This document shows, in pieces, positions 63,327 to 64,000 of a stretch of DNA of 64,000 nucleotides. The stretch covers positions 808,001-872,000 of the forward strand of contig MU057781.1 of NCBI GenBank assembly GCA_013265495.1. Reading direction: 5' to 3'. The stretch's first letter is position 1, and each line of letters opens with the position of its first letter. The notes beneath the pieces are model-generated. The model was not told where the DNA came from. It made no database searches and saw only the letters and a list, made by a program, of their open reading frames with translations. This DNA is from Vicugna vicugna (taxonomy: Eukaryota). A program made the position numbers and the translations under genes.

Positions 63327-64000
63327 GTTTCCACTGAAGCGCGTTTTGGGGGTCTACGCTGCGAGGCTGGACACTGCGAACTCCAGCCTCGGTATTCAGT
63401 CAGCAGTGCCTGTGTGTCTGAGCGGATGACGTCTCATGTTACAGACTTGATGACTTTTCTGACCCGTCACAGAAAAGATCAAATGTGATGTTCACATTTG
63501 CAGTAACCCGATGATACAGTGTGATTCCTGCCCGGCTCTGTACTGAATTCCAGTTGACCCTGGGCAGGCCAGGCCCCCACTATAATGGCCGTGGGCCCGG
63601 CTGGCAGAGACTCCGGCTGTACAACCCGGTTCCCATGTGACAGAGGTGCCAGCCAGACCAGGCCCCCTGGAAGCTGGGCAGCGGCTCTGGGGCCGCGCTG
63701 GCCCTGACCAGCTGTGGGTCTCCCCCTGTGTCTTTAGAGGAAGGCGGTGGGAGCTCGGGATGGACCCCGCAAACCCAGGGTCAATCTGGCTCTTGAGATG
63801 TGCGGCTGTGTCCCTAGGCCCTGCGCTCACACCCGCCCAGCTGCACACACATTAAAACGAAGCTTCCGTGGGTCCAGGGCCCAGGCTGACACTCAAGGTC
63901 CCTGTTAGGTGATCTTATAAGGCTGTGTTGCTGACTCCTGGCCCAGGGCAGCTGGCTGACCTGTATCCATCAGTCTCCTTCCCTGGCCCCAATGCTGCTC

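Overview
Very GC-rich mammalian genomic DNA, syntenic with human 10q26.3. It is probably cetartiodactyl and camelid-like, judging from the L1 3' ends and the absence of Alu, B1, BovB and PRE1 SINEs. The window holds the last coding exon and polyA site of LRRC27 (+, 2414-2560) and the whole PWWP2B gene (+). PWWP2B has a CpG-island promoter, exon 1 (ATG 15428), a large exon 2 (24251-25908, stop at 25892; 588 aa) and a 3' exon from 39532. An internal 5' splice site at 25605/25606 would join exon 3 in frame to give a 497-aa isoform without the PWWP domain. The rest is intronic or intergenic, with old L1/HAL1, MLT1/MLT2/MER21 LTRs, MIR, MER53, a younger 5'-truncated L1, satellites and a 51-N gap. 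Nearly all other ORFs in the track are GC-content artefacts. I see no clear evidence of a wholly new biological system. The most notable signals cluster around PWWP2B intron 2 splicing: competing donors, AT-rich codons in the optional PWWP segment, a 92-bp inverted repeat and a candidate 36-nt micro-exon. There is also a duplicated nuclear-receptor palindrome inside a minisatellite. Gene and repeat names rest on recalled sequences, not on searches.
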